A DNA stretch of 64,000 nucleotides from Dimorphilus gyrociliatus (GCA_904063045.1 CAJFCJ010000002.1:4540475-4604474), one strand, 5' to 3'; shown: positions 27,638 through 40,440, counted from the stretch's first letter. Numbers and translations are program-made. Notes: generated by a model not told the origin, from the letters alone.

Positions 27638-28744
27638 ATGAAGATTCTTCAGATAACTATTTATACTTTAGCATTATGTTTCAAATTTGTGCAACCTTAC
27701 GGACGGATTGTTGGAGGTAGTGAAGCTTCGAAGGGTTCCTTTCCTTTTATCTCAAGACTAGTCATCTGCGATGGTGGATGCTCTCTTTGCGGGGGGTCGC
27801 TTATTGATTCAAATTGGATTCTGACGGCGGCTCACTGCGTCACAAAAAACGCCCGAACTCTACCCGCTTCTGGGATGACGGCGACACTTGGCGAACACGA
27901 TACCCAATTGAATGACGGATCCGAACAAAAGCTCTCAGTTTCTGAAGTTTTTGTTCATTCATCCTACTCAACTTCGTCTACTGGCGTTGAAACGAACGAT
28001 ATTGCAATGCTCAAATTACAATCTCCTGCTCAATTAAATGATCGAGTGAAAGTTATTCCTTTAACTGATTCTGAACCATCCGTCAACTCTCAATGTAGAG
28101 TTGCCGGTTGGGGCCATACTTCTTCAGGAGGATCATCACCAGATGCTCTTAGGGTAATAGTTTACTGAAATTCTTTCGAGAAATGAATTCGTAAAGTAGA
28201 TTTAAAATACAATTTAAGTGTTTATCATATCTTTATTTCTTATTTGCAGGCAGTTACTGTAAACATCATAGATAGGAGTCAATGTAATAGTGCATCATCT
28301 TACGCCAATCAAATAACTTCAATGATGTTATGTGCCGGATTGTATCCTCATGGTGGAATAGACTCGTGTCAGGGAGATTCAGGAGGGCCTTTAGTTTGCA
28401 CCAATGATAAACTTTGCGGTGTGGTTAGTTGGGGCGATGGTTGTGCAAAACCTCAAAAGCCAGGTGTATACGCGAATGTAGCACAATATAGGAAATGGAT
28501 TGCAGACGTTCAAGCAGGAAAAGTGGAGAAAAGTGATGGAAAAAGTTTTCCAACAAATATTCTTGGAGGAGTTTTAGGAGGTTTAGGCGGTTTAGGTATG
28601 GTTGCTGGAATAATATTTGCTATCGCAAAATGCTGCTGTGGCAAAATGTGTGGAAACCGAAGTTCATCTGTCTCACCTGAAGAAGGGCAGAATTCATATT
28701 ATTCAGACCCACCGCCTAATTATAGCGTTGCACATCATATGTAA
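27638..28744 (+). CDS. Trypsin-like serine protease (S1A) with a C-terminal transmembrane anchor, 2 exons, 336 aa
   Basis: Signal peptide, R|IVGG activation site, LTAAHC (His), NDIAML (Asp), [10 protein letters not shown] (Ser, with Asp in the S1 pocket). Intron 28154-28249, phase 0. Gly-rich hydrophobic segment, CCC cluster and a cytoplasmic PPPNY. Confidence 0.92.
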
Positions 28745-29340
28745 AAGCAAATTAAGGATTGCTTTTATACAGTTATACAGTATTTCCGTTTTAAGAACAT
28801 TTCAGTATTAGAAATAAATGCATTTTTTTTTATTTAATAGCTTCTTAACGCTTATCCAAAAGAAAAAAAATAAAAAATACAGTTAATAATACAGTTGAAT
28901 ACTGCTTGAACTCTAGTTTATTGTTGAGTAAAGACGTGGTATTACAGAATTATTACGTAAGAGACTATCTAAGGTATCGATTACGTAAGAATTCAGTTAA
29001 ATATTCATGAATTGAAGTTCAAACTCTCTCCAATAGTGAATTCTGGTACGAAATTGGAACAAAAAAGACTTGATACGAATATAATGTATACAATAGGCCC
29101 CATAGACCTTTGTGTGAAAGTTGTAAAGCGTATTAAACCCCATATGCTGTCTTTAAGTAGTTCGAACTCAGTGACTCAGTAGCATTTTGGCTAAGGAGTT
29201 GCTAGCTGTTCAACCAATTAATCGAAATGATTACACATATAAGATTATAAGATTGCATATTTTACAGACTATACGTATATATTAATATATGCATGTATTA
29301 TAATTTATAGCTACAAGGGATTATATTTGTAAACTTAAAT

Positions 29341-32300
29341 ATGAGCAATACTTCAAAGTGCTTTTCTAATCCGCTATACGACGTGGATAAAGATCCTATA
29401 GTTGAATTCGAAGTTTTAGAAGAAACTCTATCAATACAGAGTTTTACGACAAGGTGTGTATTGAGTAAAGCATGCCATCCTCTTTTCTATTAACAGTCTA
29501 TGCTCACTACATCAGATTGCCAAAATCAGTATGCAGACGAAAAAGTATGATAGCAGTGATATTTATTAGCTGCTTAATAAGTGCTCTACTGGTTGCAATA
29601 GCAATAGGAATATTCTTTGGAGGTAAGAAAACAACACGGAACAACTTTGTTTTCTTGCAGTATTTACATATGTTTTCATTATTTCTATTTTGTATAAGTT
29701 TATTTTTTATTATTTACTTTATTCTTTTATATAAAATCTTTGTATATCTAAAATAAGAATCATATAATATACATATTTGATAAATAACTATATACTAATA
29801 TTTTTATAGTAAAACACAATCCAAGCGATACTACATCATCTTTAATTATATTCTCGAAAGTAAATGGAATTGTTTCTATTGAGAATGGAAAATATTCATC
29901 TTTTAAAGAAGCCTATAAGAATAATAGATCTAAAGAATTTCAAACTTTGTCTACAGATTTCTCAAAAGAAATGGAGATTGTTTTAAAATCTTCTGATTTT
30001 AAATATCTTTATAACTCTCTATCTATAAATTCTGTCAAGTAATTCTACCTCTATTTGTTTATAATACGACTATTTATATTCTAATGATATATCAACAGTG
30101 AAGGGAGCATAATTATTGATTTTACAATGTATTTTAATGATTGGCTTTTACTGCATTCTCACAAATCATATCCGAAAGTTTTAAGCCTCGACGCTTTGAA
30201 GGAAACCTTAAAGAACAAAGTTTATGGATCTTTTAACATGATAGATCACTTTGACCTTAGTTTACGTAAGTTTTAAACATTTACTGAAAATGTTTATATT
30301 CGATATCAAACTTTTATTAGTTCAGCAAATTAAACTTGATCCTCAACAATTCAAGAAATTTACGAAAAGGCCTGAACTTCCAACAACATCTACAATTAAG
30401 CCTGTTAAAACTACTACTATATTGACAACTACAAAAAAATCTACTACATCAATGACTACCGAGAAAATTACCACGTTAAAAACTACAAAGCAAGCTACTG
30501 AAAGTCAAAAAACAATTCCTATGGTGACAACACCATTAACAACTTACATATCAACTAGCATTTCTAGTAGTATGTCAACGAAAAGACTTTCAACAAAAAT
30601 TGCTAGCAGTACTGAGAATCCAACGACAGTTGGTACTGTTCAGTCGTCTACTCGAGTCACTGACTTTCAATGTGCAAGTTACGAATATTTATGCAAATCG
30701 GGTAAGCGAATTATCACATACCTTAGTCGCTTTTTTTACACTTTCTATGATAATTTAAATTTTAGGTCTAAAATATTCTAGTGGATATCCTTGTATTGAT
30801 CACTTCGAAGTATGTGATGGATATTTTGACTGTAAGGAAAATGAAGATGAAGACGGTTGTACTGGATGCAGTGATGGAGGATTTAGATGTGAAAATAGCA
30901 CTACAACTCATCACAGTGGTGTATGCACTTTTCCAAACGAACGTTGCGATGGAATTGCAGATTGTATAGACAAATCTGACGAGTTTAATTGTACACTTTG
31001 TCCAGATAGTTATTTCAAGTATAGTGGACAAAATTCACATATCACTAACACTACAATAATTTAGCACATATTTCTTATTTTAAAGATGTACTACCGGAAC
31101 TAGAATCGGTGGAGAAGTAAATTGCATTCGGAATATATTTAGATGCGATGGACTAGTAGATTGTCAAGATGGAAGTGATGAAAAAGACTGTCCAAATGTT
31201 TGTGGGCCTGATGAATTCAAATGTACAAGGGGATTTAAAATTGCTACCACAAATAGATGCATATTGAAATCCAATGTCTGCGATAAAATTAATCATTGTT
31301 CAGATAGATCAGACGAAAAGGGATGCAATTATACTTGTCCAGAAAATTATCTATCATGTAAAAATCACAATGTTCATTCGCGGTTTCTTTTGTTATCGTC
31401 AAAACCATATTGTTATCCTGATTATATGAAATGCAATGGTATTATCAATATTCCATAACTCTGTGCAAATAAATAGCCATTATATTACTTCCCTTTAGGT
31501 ATACTAGAATGTATGGATGGAAGTGATGAATATCCTTGTATAAATTGTAATCATAGTTCAACATTCGCCTGTAAAACTGGAATGTCAATTGATGGTCATC
31601 AATGTATTGAAGTAAACTATTTGAATAATTAATAGCTAAATGTTAAAAGAAATTAATTAAAAGCACTAATTCTTTTCAGTCTTCAAAACAATGCGATCAT
31701 TTTAATGATTGTCTTGATGGATCAGATGAAGAAAATTGCAAATATAGCTGCAACGATGATAAAATAGTATGTCCAAAGGGAAAGTTAATATGGAAAGATT
31801 CAACCCGTTATTGCATATTCAAAACTAGTCTTTGTGATAATTATAGGTAGTTAGAATACTTTTTATTTACTTTGTCATTTAGCACTAATTCTTTCATTTC
31901 GTATTTATACAGAGATTGTACCAATGGTAGTGATGAGGAAACTTGTAGTCACAGCTCCTGTACAGCAGATCATTTTAACTGCACTGCGGGGCATAGCACT
32001 CATGACAGAAAATGTGTTAACTTAAGATTTAGATGCAATGGACGTGACGACTGTTCCGATGGTTCAGATGAACTTAATTGTCCTACCATCTGTTCAAATG
32101 AAACTTTTCTGTGTCCTAATCAAACATGTATTGGGTTCGATAAAGTATGTGATAATCATCCCGATTGTAGTGGTGGAGAAGATGAAAAGTTCTGCGACAA
32201 ACCTTGCGCACATGACGAATTTAAATGTAAAAAAGGTTTGGATGTATTTTCTGGGCACAAATGTATCCCTATCGGTTACGTAAGTGTTAAACTCAATAAA

Positions 32301-34761
32301 TGCGACTTAATTACTAGTAGCTCTATCAAAAAAATATATAGACGTGCGACAATGTTGAAGATTGTAGCGATGGTTCTGACGAATTTGCATGCAAGTATAC
32401 TTGTCCAAGTTCTCAATTTAAATGTCGAAATGGGACTACCAAATCATGGCCTCACAGAGGAGTCTGTATTTCAAGGGCTCAGCATTGTAATTCGGTCATT
32501 GATTGTACAGATGGTGAGAGTCATAATTTGAGGATGATTATCTTTAATCTCTAATATTAACAGGATCGGACGAAGAAAACTGCAATATGTGTCCCAGTTT
32601 TCTCTGGCAATGTGTAAATGGAACAGATATATCTCTTCTCAGTACGAAAAATGATATTTATTAATTATTTAATAGAATTTTTAAGTTAAAACTGCTACAG
32701 CTCCACCAAATTTTCAACATTGCATATTCAAATCTTTTCGTTGCGATCGAATTCGGGACTGTTCGGATGGATCCGACGAACAAAACTGCACCTACTCTTG
32801 CAAAAAAGAAAATCAATTCCTATGTAAAACTGGTCTAATAATTGATTATCCATACACTGAATATTGTATTGATGAAAATAAATATTGCGATGGAAGAACA
32901 GTGAGAGAGATTTTTTTATCATTTAAATGACTTGTATACTCACCTTATTAACTACAAACTTATTGACTTATATAGGATTGCAAGGACAATTCGGATGAGA
33001 AATACTGCAGCCAAACTTGTAAAAATGATACTATTGCTTGTCAAGTTGGAAAGTCCAAGTAGGAAAACATGATTTATATTTAAATGGCATTGCTCTTTTT
33101 TAAAGTAAGGCTACATTGTTTTTTCTAAATATAGAACTTTGGGGACTCATTGTATACCGAAGAATCTATGGTGTGATAGAGTGAAAGACTGTGACGATGG
33201 TTCCGATGAAAAAAATTGTAACTATACTTGCCCGGCCAACAGCGTAGCATGTAAAACGGGAAATCTGGTATAGATTTTATCATTTCAACAAATATGTTGC
33301 TCTATTATCTCATCTTTTGTTTAAGATTGCTGGAACTGGTAGAGAATATTGCTATCCTGCACACAATAAGTGCAATGAAATCCCACTTTGTCGAGATAAA
33401 TCTGACCAACATGGCTGTTATAGCAACTGTGCAGAAGATGAAATGAGGGTTTGTATTCATAGGATAAAAGATTTCAAAGTAAACTAATCAACTGAATCAA
33501 CTATTTAGTGTAATGTTACCAATGAACATGGTACAATTTACAGTAGATGTTTATCACTGAAAGTTAGATGTGATAAGTACAACGACTGCGTAGACGGTGC
33601 AGATGAATTTAAATGCAATTATCATTGTAAAGACAAGACTTATTTCCAATGTGAAAATTCCTTAGTATCCAAACCTCCCAGAATTGGATATTGTATTAAT
33701 TCTTCTTTGAAGTGTAATGGCATAGAGGATTGTCTTGACGGATCGGACGAGAGAAATTGTAATAATACTTGTTCAAGCAGGCAGCTTTCATGCGGATCTC
33801 AACTTTCGTATAATAGCAAAAGTTGTTATCTGGAGATAGTTAAATGTGATAGAGTTAGTTTTGAAAATTAGAGATTAATTCACCAGTTGTTTATATATAT
33901 GATATAATTGCACTAATTTTCAGTATAATGATTGCATTAATGGAGAAGATGAGAAAAATTGTACTTATTCTTGTTCTGTTGGATATAAACTTTGCAAAAC
34001 TGGTTTCGTTTTTTCTCCACCTCATCCCTCAGCCAGTAATTATCATCCATCGCTAATGTATTGTATACCGAACCAACAAATTTGTGATGGAAAATCTAAC
34101 TGCCAAGATCACAGTGATGAAGAGAATTGCGATGATTATTGTAATAAACCTCATTCGTTTAAATGCGTAAATGAAACCAAATGTATAAATCAACTTGAAA
34201 GATGCGATGGAAAGAATGACTGCATAGATGGGTCAGACGAAGTAAACTGCACTTGCGACAAGGATAGTTATAAATGTTCCAAAGGTTTTTCACATACCTT
34301 TAATACTCAATCACACAAACATTACTGTTATAAGAAAATCTTTGTAAGTTATCGCTATTCTGCTCTATTCATGTCTCTTTTTGACATTATAATTTTCTCA
34401 TTAGAAATGCGATAATTATGTTGATTGTTCCGACGGTTCAGATGAGTCTGATTGTATACCTGGTTTACCTGCAAAGTGTTACAATGATACAACTCAGTTC
34501 ATCTGCGGTTCTTATCCCACTCCAGGACCTGTCTGTCTTACAAAGCAGCAGCTATGTGATAGAAGGTTCAATTGTTTGCATACTGCACTTGACGAGAAAG
34601 TTTGCAGTCATAAGTGTCTTGGTAACACCTTTGCTTGTGATGGAAAAGATCCCAAAAATTATAAATGTATTCCTTTTGTCAAGAGATGCGATGGACAAAA
34701 TGACTGTATAGATGGAACAGATGAATTGTATTGCGGGAAATACTTGAGACCAAAAGTATAA
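29341..34761 (+). CDS. Type II membrane protein: FxNPxY tail, TM, SEA domain, Thr-rich stalk, about 23 LDL-receptor class A repeats
   Basis: [13 protein letters not shown] start; [27 protein letters not shown]; SEA-like region with EGSIIIDF; Thr-rich ORF at 30251-30781; repeated C..F.C....C....CD...DC.DGSDE..C units from ~30660 to 34735 across many short introns. The repeat count is manual. Confidence 0.85.
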
Positions 34762-35272
34762 AATTCTTAAACTATTATTTTATTACACCGTATTAATCTC
34801 TTTTAGATATTCTAACATCAAACTTTCCATGATTTTACTGCATTTCTTTTATATACTAAAATTACAATGCCCTAATTCTAACAAATACGCTATTTTATCA
34901 TTCTTCTTGCTATTTTTTTCTAAAGAAGGAGAGTAACTTGAAATCTAACTTTTTTAAACATCTCTTCAATTTTTTTGAAGAATACACTTGACTAAAATTA
35001 CAATTCTAAAACTTTAAAAAGTAGTTTGAGTCTATTTACATATTATAATCTTTGCAACATAAAATCTAAATAGAATATTTAGACAAAAATATTTTGAACA
35101 AATTAAAATGTTCAAAACATTGGTTTAACAATAATAATAGAATATAAGTACAATTTGTAATCGTATAATATTAAATGCGGAGCTATTAAAAACCGAACTA
35201 CAATCATCCGGCGACATCTTGGAATTAAGCGGTATCGCTCATTGTCGACTTCCTTTAGATATTTTTCGCAAA

Positions 35273-37942
35273 ATGCCGAGAAAAAGACGTGCAAGTAGTG
35301 ATGATGAAGAAGGTAATTGTTTAAATTATTAAAATACATCGAAATATATCTGCGATCATATCCGATCGTTGTTATTTGTAATAAAAATTTGAAATCGCAT
35401 GTCAAATCAATTTCAATAAAAAAATCTGTTTTTTCATAAACTTCGCTATCCTGTCCAATTTTTCGAAACTAATAATAAAAATATCATAATTTATATCGCT
35501 GTTCTTAGTTCTGATCGCTAAATTATGATATTTAAAATACTATCCAATTTTTTCAATTGATATACCAACTAAACATCATATCTAAGTACCGATTATCAAT
35601 AACTTTACTAATGAAAACTTTTACAATTCTTAGACAATCAGTCCCCAAGAGGGAGGATGCGCTCGGAGACGATGGACACACAAGAGATGGAGGAGCGATT
35701 AGAAAATTTAATCTTAAAGATAGGAGAGAAGAGTACATCTTCATTAGAGAGCAATTTAGATGCTTTGGCAAAAGTTCTTCACTCGGATATGAGCGAGTAC
35801 AAGGAAAAAATCTTATCTATAATCGCCGATTGCGTAGTGGATATGCCAGAAAAAATAACTGTCTATTCAACTTTAGTAGGTCTCATAAACGCAGATGCAT
35901 ATACCGTGGGAGGTGAAATCGTTGAACTTCTCATACGAAAATTAAAAGATTACATGATAAAGTATTTATGGGAAGATGCACGATGTATCGTACGTTTTCT
36001 CAGCGATTTAGTTAACTGTCACGTTTTAAGCGCTGCATCCATTCTAACGTTGTTCAACTCGTGGCTTGAAGTAGCAGCTGAAGATGGATCTCCCCAAGTG
36101 CGACGAGATACATTTGTATACGCCGTTCTGTCGTCGTTGCCTTGGGTCGGTAGAGCGTTATACGAAAAGAAAGAAAATGAACTCCAACGTTTACTCTCCG
36201 TTATTAGAGTTTATTTAAAAGACAGATCAAAGGTTCATGTTAAAATATTGCAAGTTTGGTCAACGGATGATCCACATACACAAGAGGATTATTTAGATTC
36301 TTTATGGGCCCAAATTGAACAACTGGAAAGAAACAAATGGATGGAGCGATGTATAATTAGACCTTACGAATCGTTCGATAGTATTCTTTGCGAAGCTTTA
36401 CAACATACGTTACCCCAAGTAACACCTCCTCCGCATGAAGAAAGTTCCCAATATCCTTTGCCAAGGGTCGTATATCGAATGTTTGATTATACCGATGTTC
36501 CAACAGAAGGCCCTGTCTTACCTGGTGCCCATGCAGTAGAGAGATATGTCGTCGAGGAGCAGCTCCATTACATTATAAATGTTCTACACCTTGATAAGAA
36601 AGCATGTGCTGCCGCTTTGCTGAATTTTTCGTCTCGTTCTAGAATTCCTCTAAATTATATGATTGTTGAAGTGGTATTTGGACAACTTTTTCTTTTACCT
36701 TGCAATCCTTATATTGAACTCTTCTATAATACTTTACTTATTGAATTATGTAAACTACAACCTTCGTCTATGCCTCAAGTTTTGGCCCAAGCGACTGAAA
36801 TGTTATTTGACCGAATAGATACCATGCAAACATCTTGCATTGTTAGATTCGTCAACTGGTTCTCTCATCACTTGTCAAATTTTCAATTTCGTTGGAGCTG
36901 GGATGATTGGAGTGAAGTTGCAACTTATGACGATAATGACAGGCCAAAAGCTAAATTTGTAAAAGAAGTCCTCAGGAAATGTATGAGACTATCTTATCAT
37001 CAGCGAGTAGTTGATTTTACTCCAGATACGCTTGAAAGTTTAAGACCAGCTAAGCCCACCCCACACTATAAATATGATGGTCATCCAGTAGCACAAAAAG
37101 TTACTGAAGCCATTAAGTCGAAAGCAACACCGGAAATGATTTTGGATATTTTGCAGGAAGTAGCAAATCCTTTAGACAATGGTGGATCCGACAAAATGCC
37201 TTATAATCCAAAGAAAATTGACATTTTGGTTAGCACGCTGTTAAATCTTGGTTCCAAATCTCTTTCTCACTCTTTAGCTGCCTTAGCTAAATTTCATGAG
37301 GCACTTAGAGTACTAGCTGGTTCGGAAGATGCTCAAGTGAGTGTCTTGCATTCCGTCCACGATATTTGGTCCCAACATGAGCAAATGGTTTGCGTCCTGA
37401 TTGACAAGCTGCTTAAGACGCAGATTGTTGATTGTGCTGCTGTCGCTTCTTGGGTTTTTAGCGAGCAAATGCGGTCGGAGTTCACTTGCTTCTATGTCTG
37501 GTGTATATTACATAGTGCTATTAAACGTATGGGACAACATGTTGCTATGCTTCAGAGACAATTCGAGCAAGGTAAAGAGAAAAGAGATGCAGCCGATAGA
37601 AGGGGCGGCATAGAAACTGACGATACACCATCAAAATCACAGTTAGACCTCCTAGAAGAAAAGTTAGATATGGCGAAAGCAGATCACAAGAACCTCTTTC
37701 TAGTTATCTTCCAGAGATTTATAATTGTTTTGGGTGAACATCTATCCAGAGCCGAAACTGATAACACAGAGTTTGAGACACCCTGGTATAAATGGGTAAT
37801 TGATAGATTACAAGAAATGTTCTTACTCCATCATCAAATTATTCAAAAGTATTCACATACTCTACAAACTTTAGTTTTTACATCAGACATCGACCAGAAT
37901 ATCTTGGATATCTTCAACCAGTTTTGTTCTCTCCGAGCTTAA
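35273..37942 (+). CDS. NCBP1: Nuclear cap-binding protein subunit 1 (CBP80), 2 exons, about 782 aa
   Basis: Exon 1 MPRKRRASSDDEE (35273-35312) and an intron at 35313-35633, followed by MIF4G-like repeats: RLENLILKIGEKSTSSLESNL, PEKITVYSTLVGLIN, LCKLQPSSMPQVLAQATEML, NFQFRWSWDDW. Confidence 0.96.
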
Positions 37943-38624
37943 GGAGAGAAGTCTTTTGTTGTTTTTAGCTATAATATCTTCTATTTGTTTTCTGTTTTAC
38001 TATTTCTTTTTAGACTTTTAAAAAATCCTATTAATATATGTTAGCGATAAAAAAAGCCCATGTTTGTTCATAAACGAATTTGTCCTTACTGTAGATATAT
38101 AATATGACAAATCTTGGTTTGCCACTCGATCACTTCAATTATCTAACTTCTCTTTTATTTAAATACAAAAAAAAGTCTTTCTACCAACAACATAATGAAA
38201 ACTTGAATCGGATATCGAAAAAACCTTCACAAACTATAGCTTAGCTTGTACTTAAAGTATTAAAGCCATTTTTATACAGTATAATGATTTATATGCTGTT
38301 TGGATGAGTAAAATCCTACGATTAATTGTGTTAAGTGGGTTACTGTTAGTGTTTTCTTTCTTCGACATTGACATAATGAACTAGTACATACTTTTAATTT
38401 TCAATATGAAGCAAAAAGTTCTTTTATTAACATACTTCAGGCTTGACAATTATACTTAAGCAATTCGAGAAAATGTCTCATTTGTTTATAAATAATTTAG
38501 AAGATAAATCTAAAGATATCTATGATTTTTAACCGTTAAAATTGCGCAACAATTCTTCTCAAAGTACCAGAATCTTCTTAAGTCATTCTAAAATGTATTA
38601 AATCGCAAACTATAGTCTACAAGT

Positions 38625-40440
38625 ATGAAAATTGTGACTTGGAACATTAACGGCATAAGAGCAGTTTCAGAACCACTAAAAAGTGTGCTTGATAATCTAG
38701 ATGCGGACGTAATATGTCTTCAAGAAACTAAAATAACAAGTAATATATTTCATAGATTCGTACAGTTCCTTTATTACGTTATCTTGCAGGAGAGCAGCTA
38801 GATGAACAGTCGAGAATCGTCGAAGGATATAATTCCTATTTTAGTTATTGTAAAACTAGAAATGGCTATTCTGGTTTGTAAATTACATTTATGATAGCCA
38901 ATTGTCGCTTGCAATGATCTTGTACCTTACAGGTACTGCCATTTTTGTTAAGAATCAGGTCACCCCAATTAAAGCGGAAGAAGGCTTATCAAATGTTTTA
39001 ACAGATCCTACATCAGTTGATTCGATAGGCTGCTATTCTGTAAATGATTACAGCGAAGAAGAACTTAGGAAAATAGATTCTGAAGGAAGAACAGTGATGA
39101 TTCAACATTCTTTTAAAACTGTAGACTCGGAAGATATCAAAGATCTAGTAGTCATTAATGTTTACTGCCCAAGAGCGGGTTGTAGCGAAGAAAGAGGAGA
39201 ATACAAAATGCAATTTTACGAGTTGCTTCAATCAAGGGCCGAATCATTATTAAGAGCAGGGAAACATGTTATTATTTTAGGTGATTTTAATACAAGTCAT
39301 AAGAAGATGGATGTTTGCGATTCTGAGAGTATAGATGTAAGTTTTTCAAATATATGTTAATATTGTTTAAATAAGGAAGTTTGCTTTGAATATCATTAAA
39401 GAAAACTTTCATAAAAATTCATTTTCTCATCTTCGCATTTTTTATTAGTTACAACTTTTATGTGTAATGAGAATATTAAGGATCATGCAACATATTTTAA
39501 TGTTATTCTTTTACGCAAAAAAAAGTGCTTATCTAAATGTTGTTCTTTACTCTTAATGACTAATTAAATTGTTCATATTTCTGTTCAATGCGTCTAAATT
39601 TCTTTGAAGAATTTCGAGAGTCAGCCGGATAGGAAGTGGTTAGGAGAGCTTTTGGAGTCATCATCTAATTTCGTAGATCTATTTCGTAAGCATCATCCAA
39701 ATGAGAAGGAGGCTTATACCTGCTGGAAGACTATAACATCCGCGAGAACGACAAATTATGGAGCTAGAATAGATTATATTGTGGCTGATAAAGATCTGTC
39801 CAATTTCAGTATCGACTGTATTCACTTGACAGACTTTCAAGGCTCAGATCATTGTCCAGTTCGCTGTGAAATTTCTGTACAATTAATAGGAAGTTCAAAG
39901 TGCCCTAGTCTATGTTCCAAATATCATCCAGAATTCAGTGGAAAACAGCAGAAACTGATGAAATATCTTGTAAGTGGGCAGTTCAGTTTACTTGTTGAAA
40001 ATACGTTAATATTGTGTTTGCTAAAGGTTGACAAGCGAAACTCTGTTGATATGGAATCTTCCGTATCCAAAAAACCAAAACTAGCTAAGAAATCTTCTTC
40101 AGGGAAAACTGCCACCTTAGCGATGTTTTTTCAAAAAACAACAAAGAAGGAGATTGTTGACGTAGAAGAGATATCTTCGTCTAACTCTCAAGAAATTTCC
40201 GTGAATAAGACGGAGAGGCAATCGGTCACGTCAAGTGCCTGGAAAAAAATTTTAAAAGGACCAGAGGCACCTCCTTTATGCAAAGGACACAGCGAACCGT
40301 GTGTTTTAAGGACAGTTAAAAAAGATGGCCCAACTAAAGGGAAACAGTTCTATGTCTGTTGTCGCCCAGAAGGTTCCAAGTCTAACAAGGAAGCAAGATG
40401 TGAACATTTTGAGTGGAAAGCTTCTAAAGTAAAATCTTAA
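38625..40440 (+). CDS. APEX2: AP endonuclease 2 (ExoIII family) with a C-terminal GRF zinc finger
   Basis: MKIVTWNINGIR, ICLQETK, NVYCP, LGDFNTSH, YTCW, RIDY and GSDHCPV catalytic motifs; a TLAMFF PIP-like element; C-terminal CKGH..PC..RTVKK.GP..G..FY.C.RP.G......RC.HF.W. Confidence 0.95.

Noticed and set aside
30768-34711. Alternative-frame and antisense ORFs inside the LDLa gene (30768, 30781, 32038, 32728, 34418)
   Set aside because: Off-frame readings of Cys-rich LDLa exons; the spliced frame explains the sequence.
35112-35916. ORFs 35112, 35553 and 35557 near the NCBP1 start
   Set aside because: They overlap NCBP1 exon 1, the intron and exon 2 in other frames or strands; the spliced NCBP1 model is coherent.
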